Source: Candidatus Nanoarchaeia archaeon
Lineage (GTDB): Archaea > Nanobdellota > Nanobdellia > Pacearchaeales > GW2011-AR1
DNA: 64,000 nucleotides
Reading direction: 5' to 3'
NCBI GenBank assembly: GCA_049288015.1
Contig: JBAQGX010000004.1
Location: 7,146 to 71,145 of the forward strand
Part shown: piece by piece, positions 53,547 through 62,177 of the stretch
How the letters are laid out: each line of letters begins with the position of its first letter
Numbering within the stretch: position 1 is the first letter of the stretch
Notes under the pieces: generated by a model
The model's database searches: none
Told to the model about the DNA's origin: nothing
What the model saw: the letters and a program-made list of their open reading frames with translations, nothing else
Made by a program: the position numbers and the translations under genes

Positions 53547-54512
53547 ATGAAGAAAAAGAGGAATATTGTAAATTGGGTTTTATTTTCTCTGCTAATTCTG
53601 GTTATAGCTTTAATGATTTATAATTTTGCTCTTACAGGATTTGTAACCAGTACTGTTACAACAACCACTTCTAAGGCTGCTCCTGTGGTCGCTACTACAA
53701 CTGCAGCTAAAACTACTACAACACCAGCTACGACTACCACTACAGCAACTAAGACTGCTCCTGCTACAACTACAACACCAGCTACGACTACCACTACAGC
53801 AACTAATATAAGTTCAGGCTCCTCTGCGGCTCCAAAATCTAACAGCACTCCTGTTGCTAGTGCAGTTTCAGTAAATCAGACGGTTCCTAATTCTAGTGCT
53901 AGCTCAACTACATCAGTTTCAAACGTAACAAGTCCAGCTGCATCATCTTCAAATGTAACAACAGCAAGTGCAAGTAAAGGAAGTAGTGTAACTCCTTCCG
54001 GTATAAATTCCACAACTCCAGTAGTAGCTCCTCAAGGCACAATTGTCACAACATCTATAGCAAAGGTAAATAAGACTACAGTCATAACAGTTACTTATTC
54101 AGCAAACCAGACAGCCTCTAATTCCAATGCTAGCTCAACTACATCAGTTTCAAACGTAACAAGTCCAGCTGCATCATCTTCAAATGTAACTGCAAGCCAG
54201 ACTCCTAGTTCCAATGCTAGCTCAACTACACCTGTTGCAAATGTGACTACAACAATAAGTTCAACTCAGATAAACTCAACTACTTCGTCTGTAGTTATAG
54301 CAAACCAAAGTGGAACTTCTAGTACAGTAACTACTGTTACCCCCGTAAATCCAACCTCAATTATAACATATTCTACAATTACATCTACCACTCCTGCAGG
54401 AGTTTCAAGTACTGTAAAAGTGGCATCTCTTATAAGTGTAGTTTTCGGTTGTGGTAATGGATACACATTACATACTAGTAGTAATGGTACAAGTTACTGC
54501 TCAAGATCCTAA
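53547..54512 (+). CDS. Thr/Ser-rich, sequon-dense secreted (mucin-like) protein
   Basis: N-terminal signal anchor. Long T/S/A/P/V low-complexity body with many N-x-S/T sequons. C-terminal CGNGYTLHTSSNGTSYC. Confidence 0.6.
   Translation: MKKKRNIVNWVLFSLLILVIALMIYNFALTGFVTSTVTTTTSKAAPVVATTTAAKTTTTPATTTTTATKTAPATTTTPATTTTTATNISSGSSAAPKSNSTPVASAVSVNQTVPNSSASSTTSVSNVTSPAASSSNVTTASASKGSSVTPSGINSTTPVVAPQGTIVTTSIAKVNKTTVITVTYSANQTASNSNASSTTSVSNVTSPAASSSNVTASQTPSSNASSTTPVANVTTTISSTQINSTTSSVVIANQSGTSSTVTTVTPVNPTSIITYSTITSTTPAGVSSTVKVASLISVVFGCGNGYTLHTSSNGTSYCSRS
53716..53806 (+). repeat. 37-bp perfect direct repeat (54-bp period) in the Thr-rich CDS
   Basis: ctacaacaccagctacgactaccactacagcaactaa at 53716-53752 and at 53770-53806. 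Confidence 0.9.
53898..54190 (+). repeat. 62-bp perfect direct repeat, copies 231 bp apart, in the same CDS
   Basis: gctagctcaactacatcagtttcaaacgtaacaagtccagctgcatcatcttcaaatgtaac at 53898-53959 and 54129-54190. A third degenerate copy lies near 54215. Confidence 0.9.
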
Positions 54513-54623
54513 TCCTTCTATTATTCTCTGTTGACTTGTATTTATGTTCTTGAAATCGTTAGAGAATTAAGTTTTCTTGAAGTTAAAAAGAATGTAACTA
54601 GATAGTAATAACAAATAGTAGGA

Positions 54624-54631
54624 TTTATAAA
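54624..54631 (+). promoter_or_regulatory. TATA box (TTTATAAA) 22 nt upstream of the ATG at 54653
   Basis: Exact octamer in front of a 41-codon ORF. Confidence 0.4.
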
Positions 54632-54652
54632 GTAGATATACTTCTGTATTTT

Positions 54653-54778
54653 ATGGAAAACCCAAAGATAACCAACAAGACAGATAAGAATGATAAGCCT
54701 CAAGAGGATCAATTTATTCTTGACCTTGTAGATTTAAACGATACTCTTGATTTAAGAAAATCAGACGATCGAGAGTAA
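54653..54778 (+). CDS. Possible 41-aa acidic micro-protein
   Basis: MENPKITNKTDKNDKPQEDQFILDLVDLNDTLDLRKSDDRE. TATA box at canonical distance. Below the ORF-track cutoff. Confidence 0.3.
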   Translation: MENPKITNKTDKNDKPQEDQFILDLVDLNDTLDLRKSDDRE

Positions 54779-54825
54779 ATAGACAAGTTCAAAAGATTTT
54801 TATATTTAAGGGTTTTAAACCTTAT

Positions 54826-55962
54826 ATGAACAAGCAGATATACTTTGACAATGCAGCTTCAACAAAAGTTGATGAAAGAGTTGTGAAAGAAATGCTACCT
54901 TATTTTACAGAAAAATATGCTAATGCTTCTTCCATCCATGAGATGGGAAAAGAGGCAAAAAGAGCTCTAGAAGAGAGTAGACAAACGATTGCAAAGGCTA
55001 TAAACGCCAATAAAGAAGAGATTTACTTTACTTCTGGAGGAACGGAATCCAATAATTTTGCATTGAAAGGACTTTTCTTTTCAAACTTCCCAAAAAAGAA
55101 TCATATTATTATAACAAAAATAGAGCATGATTGCGTTTTGAATACCTGCAAATGGCTTGAAAAGCAAGGAGCAAGGGTAACATATCTTAATGTTGATAAA
55201 GAAGGTTTTGTAAATCCAAAAGATATTGAAAAGGAGATAACTGATAAGACTATTGTTGTTTCTATTATTCATGGAAATAATGAAATAGGAACTATCCAAG
55301 ATTTGGACGCAATAGTAAAGATTTGCAAGGCAAAAAATGTCTTATTTCATACAGATGCATGTCAAAGTTTTACAAAAGTTCCCATTGATGTAAAAAAACA
55401 AAATCTAGACTTGGTAACCTTAAATTCTCATAAAATTCATGGACCTAAAGGTGTCGGTGCATTATACATAAAGAAAGGAATTGAAATCACCCCTTTGCTT
55501 CACGGAGGCGGACATGAAAAAGGATTAAGAAGCGGAACAGAAAATATTTCTGGAATTGTTGGATTTGCAAAAGCTGTAAACATTGCAAACAAAAAAGAAA
55601 TAGAGAAAATGACTGTGCTTAGAGATAAAGCGATAAATGAACTCCTTAAAATTCCTGGAATAAAATTAAACGGCTCAAGGGAAAAAAGATTATGCAATAA
55701 TATTAACATCTCTTTTGAAAATGTTGACGGAGAAGTAGTTGGAGGATATCTTGAAAATTATGGAGTGTTAACATCTGCAGGAAGCGCATGCATGTCACAT
55801 TCAACAAGCGGAATAAGCCATGTGCTAAAAGCAATTGGACTATCAGATGAAAAGGCAAGCAATTCTATAAGAGTGAGTATAAGCAAATTCACAATAGATG
55901 AAGAAATTGACTATTTTCTTGAAAAAATAAGAAAGATTCTTGGAAAATTCCAAAAAATTTAA
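54826..55962 (+). CDS. Cysteine desulfurase (NifS/IscS-type class V aminotransferase)
   Basis: SGGTESNN, HTDACQS, SHKIHGPKGVGALYI (PLP Lys) and SAGSACMS (catalytic Cys loop). Confidence 0.9.
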   Translation: MNKQIYFDNAASTKVDERVVKEMLPYFTEKYANASSIHEMGKEAKRALEESRQTIAKAINANKEEIYFTSGGTESNNFALKGLFFSNFPKKNHIIITKIEHDCVLNTCKWLEKQGARVTYLNVDKEGFVNPKDIEKEITDKTIVVSIIHGNNEIGTIQDLDAIVKICKAKNVLFHTDACQSFTKVPIDVKKQNLDLVTLNSHKIHGPKGVGALYIKKGIEITPLLHGGGHEKGLRSGTENISGIVGFAKAVNIANKKEIEKMTVLRDKAINELLKIPGIKLNGSREKRLCNNINISFENVDGEVVGGYLENYGVLTSAGSACMSHSTSGISHVLKAIGLSDEKASNSIRVSISKFTIDEEIDYFLEKIRKILGKFQKI

Positions 55963-56024
55963 GTAAAGACAATAAAAAACATTTAAAAATAATAGAAATA
56001 ATACAATTAAAGAGGAGGTGTAAA

Positions 56025-56213
56025 ATGCCAAAAAAAGAAATGATGGACTGTTGCACAGGGCATAAGATGAAAGGTGTGGGGATACTTCTTATCGGACTGC
56101 TAGTGCTTTCGAATGTTTACTGGCCATTCTTGGACTGGGGTACATTCATCGGAATTATTCTTGTTCTTGCAGGAATAGCAAAGTTAGTAATGCCCCACAA
56201 GTATCACGGGTAA
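56025..56213 (+). CDS. Small 2-TM membrane protein
   Basis: Strong SD (AGAGGAGGTG) upstream of the ATG. N-terminal CC pair, then two hydrophobic helices. Confidence 0.5.
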   Translation: MPKKEMMDCCTGHKMKGVGILLIGLLVLSNVYWPFLDWGTFIGIILVLAGIAKLVMPHKYHG

Positions 56214-56220
56214 AATCTCT

Positions 56221-56250
56221 TCTTTATTTTTTTTTATTTTTTATTTTTTG
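56221..56250 (+). terminator. Oligo-T tract (archaeal-type terminator candidate)
   Basis: tctttatttttttttattttttattttttg directly after the stop at 56213. Confidence 0.4.
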
Positions 56251-56337
56251 TAATTATATTTCTAGTTGTTGGTCTGAATTTTATCAATAGTATTCAATAT
56301 TGATAAAATTTAAGTATCAACTTTTGCCATTTAAATT

Positions 56338-57165
56338 ATGGGAAATGATCTTGTAAAAAAAGTTGTAAGCACGGCAGCATTGATAACTGGATTGTCAGTT
56401 CCATTAAAAGCTGCAGACTTTTATCTTGTTGGAAATTTAAATATTAGCACGGCACTTGGTACTCCAATTGCAAATATTAAAACAGCTCCTGAATATGTGA
56501 GGAGTGTTCTTCCACACCCTGATGATGTAAAGCTTAATGGTGTTCCAAATGTACCCATTATTGTTGGTGATAGTCCAGAATCCTTAAATTCAGAATATAT
56601 AGGAATTGAAGGAAAAGTAGGATTGGGAATAGAAAATAATGATTTCAAACTTGAACTAGGTCCGAAGATGAATCTTAGTGTAAATGGAATAAGCAAAAGC
56701 GAGCAGGATTATGAACCATTTGTGTATGGAGATGCGTATGTTTACTATGGACTTGGCATGGGCGGGTTTAATCTAGGTGGTGGAAAACAAAACAACTCAA
56801 GAATTTGTTTTATTCCAGGAGCATTTGCAAAGGGCTCTGTAAATGTAGGCGATACTGGATTGATTAGACTCTTTGGTGAATATTCTGCTGATTGGTACCA
56901 GTATTTCATAGAGAATGGATGGGACAGATACAATTCCTTGCAGTCAAATGATACATACAAAATTGCAGATTCAATTAGTCATTCAGTAAAGGCAGGATTT
57001 GAATTTGCTAATATAATTGGAGATTCAAAAATGGAAAGGGACTTAGATCTTTTTGTTGGTGCAACAATTCCACAGATAATTGATAAAACATCCCTTGCTG
57101 ATGAAACAGAGTTTAGCATCACTCCTACTTTATATTTCGGAGTAAGTTACGGAATAAAATTTTAA
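56338..57165 (+). CDS. Secreted beta-strand-rich protein, paralog of 1400-2029 (porin-like?), ends in Phe
   Basis: Signal peptide MGNDLVKKVVSTAALITGLSVPLKAA. Blocks collinear with the 209-aa paralog. C-terminus ...TLYFGVSYGIKF. Confidence 0.6.
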   Translation: MGNDLVKKVVSTAALITGLSVPLKAADFYLVGNLNISTALGTPIANIKTAPEYVRSVLPHPDDVKLNGVPNVPIIVGDSPESLNSEYIGIEGKVGLGIENNDFKLELGPKMNLSVNGISKSEQDYEPFVYGDAYVYYGLGMGGFNLGGGKQNNSRICFIPGAFAKGSVNVGDTGLIRLFGEYSADWYQYFIENGWDRYNSLQSNDTYKIADSISHSVKAGFEFANIIGDSKMERDLDLFVGATIPQIIDKTSLADETEFSITPTLYFGVSYGIKF

Positions 57166-57251
57166 TTCTTACTAAAAAGTAGTTCTTAGGGGTTGTCACA
57201 TCTTGATAATTATAAATGTTTAAATAATACTTCTAGATATGATACTCTATC

Positions 57252-57267
57252 ATACAACATATAGTAA
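57252..57267. promoter_or_regulatory. NrdR-box-like palindrome 1
   Basis: atacaacatatagtaa matches 12/16 positions of the NrdR-box consensus acaCwAtATaTwGtgt as I recall it, with the C-N8-G core preserved. Confidence 0.4.
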
Positions 57268-57282
57268 TATAATGTTTTCAAT

Positions 57283-57298
57283 GTACAAGATATTGTAT
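57283..57298. promoter_or_regulatory. NrdR-box-like palindrome 2
   Basis: gtacaagatattgtat matches 12/16 consensus positions. Its centre lies 31 bp from box 1, and it ends 14 nt upstream of the nrdR ATG. Confidence 0.4.
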
Positions 57299-57312
57299 AT
57301 GTCTTCATATTC

Positions 57313-57747
57313 ATGAAGTGCCCATATTGTTCGAATGAAGAGTCTAAAGTGACTAATAAGAGGGGATGTCCTGGAGGAATAAGGAGGAGGAGAGAGTGCC
57401 TTAAGTGCAAAAAAAGGTTCACAACATATGAGAAAATCGAAAGAGATGATCTTTATGTTGTAAAAAAAGATGGAAGAAGAGAAAAATTCAGCAAGGAAAA
57501 ACTTGAACATGGTATTGATAAGGCGTTTGAGAAGCGTCCAGTACCAAAGGAAAAGATTGACAGTATGATAAATGAAATTGAAGAACAAATAAGAAAAAAG
57601 GGCAAAGAAGTGAAAAGTTCGTTTATAGGAGAGCTAACTATGAGAAAAATAAAGAAACTAGACAATGTTGCATACATAAGGTTTGCATCAGTATATAGAG
57701 ATTTTCAGGATATAAAAGATTTTAAGGAGGAATTGAAAGAATTATAA
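57313..57747 (+). CDS. nrdR: Transcriptional repressor NrdR (zinc ribbon + ATP-cone)
   Basis: MKCPYCS...RRRRECLKCKKRFTTYEKIE zinc ribbon, then an ATP-cone (VVKKDGRREKFSKEKL...). Confidence 0.9.
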   Translation: MKCPYCSNEESKVTNKRGCPGGIRRRRECLKCKKRFTTYEKIERDDLYVVKKDGRREKFSKEKLEHGIDKAFEKRPVPKEKIDSMINEIEEQIRKKGKEVKSSFIGELTMRKIKKLDNVAYIRFASVYRDFQDIKDFKEELKEL

Positions 57748-60231
57748 ATGATACCCGAACTTCAGCAGCTTACAAAACTTAATCTTACTGAAAATCAACT
57801 TAAGGTAATAAAAGATAAGTATCTAAAGGATTCTCCCACTGTTGAATCTTGGTTTAGAACAGTTTGCCACAATATTGCTCTTGCAGATATAATCAATTCT
57901 GATAAAATAAGTAGTGATGAAGTTTTTGTAGGGGTCAATTATAAAGATGTAAATTATGATTCCCATGGAAAGATTTCGCATATGTACCTTCTTCACTACG
58001 GACTAATTAATCACAATAAGAGAGATGAAAATTTTAAGAGGTTCATAAAAAATTTGGAAGAAATTTACACTAAAAATCCAGAATTAATTTCAAAGACAGA
58101 AGAAGAGTTTTATGAATTATTATCAACATTCAAATTCCTTCCCAACTCTCCAACACTAATGAATGCAGGGAGAGAACTACAGCAATTAAGTGCATGTTAT
58201 GTTCTTCCCGTCGGTGATTCAATAGAAGATATTTATGAGTCTGTAAAAAACATGGCCTTAATTCATAAGAGTGGGGGAGGAACAGGATTTTCTTTTTCAA
58301 GATTAAGACCTAACGGAGATCAGGTAAAAACAACTAAGGGAATTTCTTCTGGTCCTATCTCATTTATGCAAATATTTGATAAATCAACAGACGTTGTAAA
58401 ACAGGGCGGGACAAGACGTGGAGCTAATATGGGGATAATGCATTATACTCACCCAAATATTTTAGATTTTATAGACATGAAAAAAACTCCAGGAGTAATG
58501 GAAAATTTTAATGTTTCTGTAACTATAGATGAAAAATTTATGAGGGCTGTAAAGGAAGATAAAGAATATGATTTACTCAATCCAAGGACAAAAGAGATTG
58601 TTAATAGAATAAATGCAAGGGAAGTCTGGCAGAAACTTGTAAGAGGGGCATGGGAAACAGGTGATCCTGGAATAATAATGATTGACAGAATAAACATGAC
58701 TTCAAGCAATGCAACGCCACACCTTGGAGAAATAGAATCAACAAATCCCTGCGGAGAACAACCACTTCTTCCCTATGAGCCTTGTAATCTTGGTTCAATA
58801 AATTTATCAAAGTTTGTGAAAAGTGATGGGAGTGATTTTGATTATGATTCTTTAAGAAAATGCGTTTTTGTATGCACTCACTTTTTAGATAATGTGATTG
58901 ACGTAAATAATTATCCAATACCTGAAATTGAAGAGATGGCAAAGAAGACAAGAAGAATAGGTCTTGGTATTATGGGGTGGGCTGAATCTCTTGTAATGTT
59001 AGGAATTCCATACAATTCTCAAAAAGCACTTTCTAAAGCAGAGGAATTAATGAAATTCATCAATGTATCTTGTTTGAATGCATCAGAAGAACTGGCTGAA
59101 AGCAAAGGGGTCTTCCCTGCATGGAAAGGTTCTATCTTTGACAAAGATAGTATGTTTTTCAGAGGGCAAGAATTCTTCCCAAGACATTCTGCAAGAACAA
59201 CAATAGCACCAACAGGAACTATAGGAATCACTGCAGGCTTGCAGGGAGCAGGTATAGAACCATTTTTTGCTGTTGTTTATGTAAGATACAATGCTGCAGG
59301 AATAGATGCACTAAAGAAAGAGCAAACGCCTGCAGAGAAGGATACATTCTTTGAGGTAAATCCCCTGTTTGAAAAGATTGCAAGAGACAATGATTATTTT
59401 GGAATGAGAAAAGAAGATCTTTACTTAAAAATAAATGATAATCACAAGTCTCTAGTTGGAATAAAAGAGATTCCAGAAAGAATACAGAATTTATTTTTGA
59501 CCTCACATGATCTTAATCCAAGAGAACATGTAATGATGCAGTGCGCATTTCAGAAGTACACAGATAATGCGGTTTCAAAGACCGTTAATATGAGGAACGA
59601 TGCAACTGAAAAAGACGTTGAAGATGCATATATGCTTGCATTTGAAAATGGGGCAAAAGGGGTTACTGTTTACAGGGATGGAAGTAAGCAATTCCAAGTA
59701 CTAAATATTAACGATAAGAAAGAAGAAGTAAAAAAAGTTAAGGAAAAACATACAGAAGAAAAAGCAGATTATTATCTTATTGAAACTGGTCAGGGCCCTA
59801 TGCATATACACATAAATTATGATGAAAATGGTCCAACAAGAGTATTCGCAAATCTTTCCCCGACAGGGACGGAAATTTCAGGAATGGCTACCGCACTTTC
59901 AATATTATTATCCAAGTACTTTGAACTTGGCGGAGATCCTGTAAGAATCATTAAACATCTTAATTCAATAAAATCAGAAAGACCTTTTGGTTTTGGGAAA
60001 AATAAAATAGATTCTGTTGCACATGCAATTTCGGTGGCATTAAGAAATCATCTTGTTAAAACAGGAAGAATAAAGATAGTAGATCAAGAGATAAATCACG
60101 ATGTTCCTGTAAAAGCAGTGGATAGTAATTCTGTGCTTCATTGCTCCAAATGTTTCAGTTCAAATGTTGGAATGGTTGCGGGATGCTCAGAACCTACATG
60201 CTTCGACTGCGGATATAGCAAGTGCAGTTAG
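57748..60231 (+). CDS. nrdJ: Adenosylcobalamin-dependent (class II) ribonucleotide reductase
   Basis: NPCGEQPLLPYEPCNLGSINL active-site block and TIAPTGTI. TSCPD-like C-terminal domain and terminal CxxC...CxxC. The start abuts the nrdR stop. Confidence 0.9.
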   Translation: MIPELQQLTKLNLTENQLKVIKDKYLKDSPTVESWFRTVCHNIALADIINSDKISSDEVFVGVNYKDVNYDSHGKISHMYLLHYGLINHNKRDENFKRFIKNLEEIYTKNPELISKTEEEFYELLSTFKFLPNSPTLMNAGRELQQLSACYVLPVGDSIEDIYESVKNMALIHKSGGGTGFSFSRLRPNGDQVKTTKGISSGPISFMQIFDKSTDVVKQGGTRRGANMGIMHYTHPNILDFIDMKKTPGVMENFNVSVTIDEKFMRAVKEDKEYDLLNPRTKEIVNRINAREVWQKLVRGAWETGDPGIIMIDRINMTSSNATPHLGEIESTNPCGEQPLLPYEPCNLGSINLSKFVKSDGSDFDYDSLRKCVFVCTHFLDNVIDVNNYPIPEIEEMAKKTRRIGLGIMGWAESLVMLGIPYNSQKALSKAEELMKFINVSCLNASEELAESKGVFPAWKGSIFDKDSMFFRGQEFFPRHSARTTIAPTGTIGITAGLQGAGIEPFFAVVYVRYNAAGIDALKKEQTPAEKDTFFEVNPLFEKIARDNDYFGMRKEDLYLKINDNHKSLVGIKEIPERIQNLFLTSHDLNPREHVMMQCAFQKYTDNAVSKTVNMRNDATEKDVEDAYMLAFENGAKGVTVYRDGSKQFQVLNINDKKEEVKKVKEKHTEEKADYYLIETGQGPMHIHINYDENGPTRVFANLSPTGTEISGMATALSILLSKYFELGGDPVRIIKHLNSIKSERPFGFGKNKIDSVAHAISVALRNHLVKTGRIKIVDQEINHDVPVKAVDSNSVLHCSKCFSSNVGMVAGCSEPTCFDCGYSKCS

Positions 60232-60235
60232 AGAT

Positions 60236-60757
60236 ATGGAATCTAATCTTGGACTAGTGCATATTTATACTGGGGAGGGAAAAGGTAAGACTTCTGCAGG
60301 AATGGGTTTGATTGTAAGAGCAATGGGAAGGGGATTGAAAGTTAAGATAATACAACTATTCAAAAGAGATACGGGAGAGCAATTTTTCTTTGAAAAACTG
60401 AATGTAAAATATATGCAGTTCAAGCCGCTTCACCCATATTTTAAAAATTATGATCCAAACCAAAAGGAAGATCTAACTAAAAGTTTCATGGAATTTTGGA
60501 GTGATGCAATATCAGATTTGAAGGATTATGATATTGTCTTGGTTGATGAATTAGGTCCAGGAATAAATTGGGGAGTCATTCCAGAATCTGTAGGAATTAA
60601 TTTAATAGACAACAAACCAAAAAACACCGAACTTATTCTTACAGGTAGGGATTATCCACAATCCTTAAAAGACAAGGCCGATTACGTCTCTGAAGTAAAA
60701 AAACTGAAACACCCATATGACAAAGGAATTCTTGCAAGAAAAGGAATAGAATTTTAA
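60236..60757 (+). CDS. cobO: ATP:cob(I)alamin adenosyltransferase (CobA/CobO/BtuR type)
   Basis: VHIYTGEGKGKTSAGMGLIVRAMGRGLKVKIIQLFK matches the P-loop-like signature of CobA/CobO. The ATG at 60236 lies 4 nt after the nrdJ stop. Confidence 0.85.
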   Translation: MESNLGLVHIYTGEGKGKTSAGMGLIVRAMGRGLKVKIIQLFKRDTGEQFFFEKLNVKYMQFKPLHPYFKNYDPNQKEDLTKSFMEFWSDAISDLKDYDIVLVDELGPGINWGVIPESVGINLIDNKPKNTELILTGRDYPQSLKDKADYVSEVKKLKHPYDKGILARKGIEF

Positions 60758-60767
60758 CAACAATCAA

Positions 60768-61040
60768 ATGATAGTCTGGATACTGATGGTATTGGATCTG
60801 ATCTCTTTCGTGGGAGTTTCGCTTGCACAATTTAACTTTATTTATTCTACGTATCTCCTCGTAGCTGGAGGGACGTACTTAATTTTCAAGTTTGTACTGT
60901 TCAGAGAGATAATGAGTGGGATTGACGGTGTTTTTGGAGTATATCTTCTAATCGTTGCAATATTTCATATATCGTCATTCATCTATTATCTTATGCTCGC
61001 CTGGTTCTCATATAAGTTCTTATCAGTATTAGTTGGTTAA
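60768..61040 (+). CDS. Small 3-TM membrane protein
   Basis: ORF with three hydrophobic helices, between cobO and dcd. Confidence 0.45.
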   Translation: MIVWILMVLDLISFVGVSLAQFNFIYSTYLLVAGGTYLIFKFVLFREIMSGIDGVFGVYLLIVAIFHISSFIYYLMLAWFSYKFLSVLVG

Positions 61041-61090
61041 TTATATCCAAGGACAAAAATAATTATAAATGAATCAAATTTGCCATTAAG

Positions 61091-61621
61091 ATGTTCTTAT
61101 CTGATAGAGATATATTGGAAGCCATGGAAAGTGGAGATATCAAGATTGATCCATTTAATAAGAAGAATCTTCAACCTGCATCAATTGATGTAGTTCTAGG
61201 GGATGGATTTTTAGTTCTTGATTGCTATGATGAAGAGGGAGGAATAATTAGATTTGATGAAAAACCAATTTATCAGAAAAGAAAAGGTAACTTGATATTG
61301 CCTTCTGGGCAATTTGCCCTAGGAACAACATTGGAATACATAACATTATCGCCTCGTGTAGTTGCAAATGTTCAGGGAAGAAGTTCCATTGGGAGAAGAG
61401 GATTATTTGTACAGAATGCAGGGTGGACGGACCCTGGATTTGAAGGAAATTTGACTCTTGAATTTTATAACGGGAATTCCCTTCCTATAGAGATTAAGCC
61501 AGGAATGAGAATTGGGCAGCTAACCTTTGGTTATACAAAAACCCCCTCTGGACATCCATACCACGGAAAATACAGCAAACAAAAAGGAACGACTGGAAGC
61601 AGATCTTATCAAGATAAGTAA
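61091..61621 (+). CDS. dcd: dCTP deaminase (dUTPase superfamily)
   Basis: MFLSDRDILE..., LQPASIDV, GRSSIGRRGLF and GWTDPGFEGNLTLE. Confidence 0.9.
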   Translation: MFLSDRDILEAMESGDIKIDPFNKKNLQPASIDVVLGDGFLVLDCYDEEGGIIRFDEKPIYQKRKGNLILPSGQFALGTTLEYITLSPRVVANVQGRSSIGRRGLFVQNAGWTDPGFEGNLTLEFYNGNSLPIEIKPGMRIGQLTFGYTKTPSGHPYHGKYSKQKGTTGSRSYQDK

Positions 61622-61631
61622 AACAAGAAAA

Positions 61632-61641
61632 TTTTATAAAT
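61632..61641 (+). promoter_or_regulatory. TATA box (TTTTATAAAT) about 25 nt upstream of the trx ATG
   Basis: TATA-like box at leaderless-compatible distance. Confidence 0.4.
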
Positions 61642-61661
61642 AATATTCTTCTACTCAAAAG

Positions 61662-61985
61662 ATGGCAAGTGATAAAGTACCAGAATTAACGAACGGTGAA
61701 TTTGATGGTTTCATAAAAAACGGGTCAGTCCTTATAGATTTCTTTGCAGAATGGTGCATGCCTTGTTTAATGATGGCTCCAATTATGGAAGAGCTGTCTG
61801 ATAAATTCAAAGGCAAAGTTAAATTCGGAAAGATAAATGTTGATGAGAATAACAAGCTTGCGCAGAAGTTTGATGTGATGTCCATACCAAATTTTATTTT
61901 ATTCAAGAACGGAAAAGCCTCTGAGAGATTCGTGGGGGCAATGAATCTTGAAGATTTCGAGCAGAAGCTTAAGAAGAGTATCTGA
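61662..61985 (+). CDS. trxA: Thioredoxin
   Basis: WCMPC active site and thioredoxin-fold layout (IDFFAEWCMPC...SIPNFILFKNG). Confidence 0.9.
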   Translation: MASDKVPELTNGEFDGFIKNGSVLIDFFAEWCMPCLMMAPIMEELSDKFKGKVKFGKINVDENNKLAQKFDVMSIPNFILFKNGKASERFVGAMNLEDFEQKLKKSI

Positions 61986-61998
61986 TTTTAATATAAAG

Positions 61999-62072
61999 TG
62001 GTCCCGAGGGGATTTGGACCCCCGACACCTGGATTAAAAGTCCAGTGCTCTACCAAGCTGAGCTACGGAACC
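61999..62072 (-). tRNA. tRNA-Lys(UUU)
   Basis: Hand-folded. Acceptor GGTTCCG/CGGGACC. D arm GCTC-AGCTTGGTA-GAGC. Anticodon arm CTGGA-CTTTTAA-TCCAG. T arm GGGGG-TCCAAAT-CCCCT. Confidence 0.85.
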
Positions 62073-62177
62073 ATTCAACTAGATAAAAATAATTAATTTA
62101 AAAAATGTTCTATATTTCTCTTTTGTCACTTAAAAAGTTTGATATAGAATTATAAAGATAAACTTGGTTTTTTCTTT

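Noticed and set aside
53618-53848. Minus-strand ORF encoding a poly-Val/Ala protein
   Set aside because: It is the reverse complement of the ACN-rich Thr repeats of the 53547-54512 CDS, an artefact of the repeat.
60164-60235. Longer cobO start at 60164, overlapping the nrdJ 3' end by 68 nt
   Set aside because: The CobA/CobO homology starts at MESNLGLVHIYTGEGKGKT (ATG at 60236), 4 nt after the nrdJ stop. The upstream extension lies inside the nrdJ zinc-ribbon coding region.
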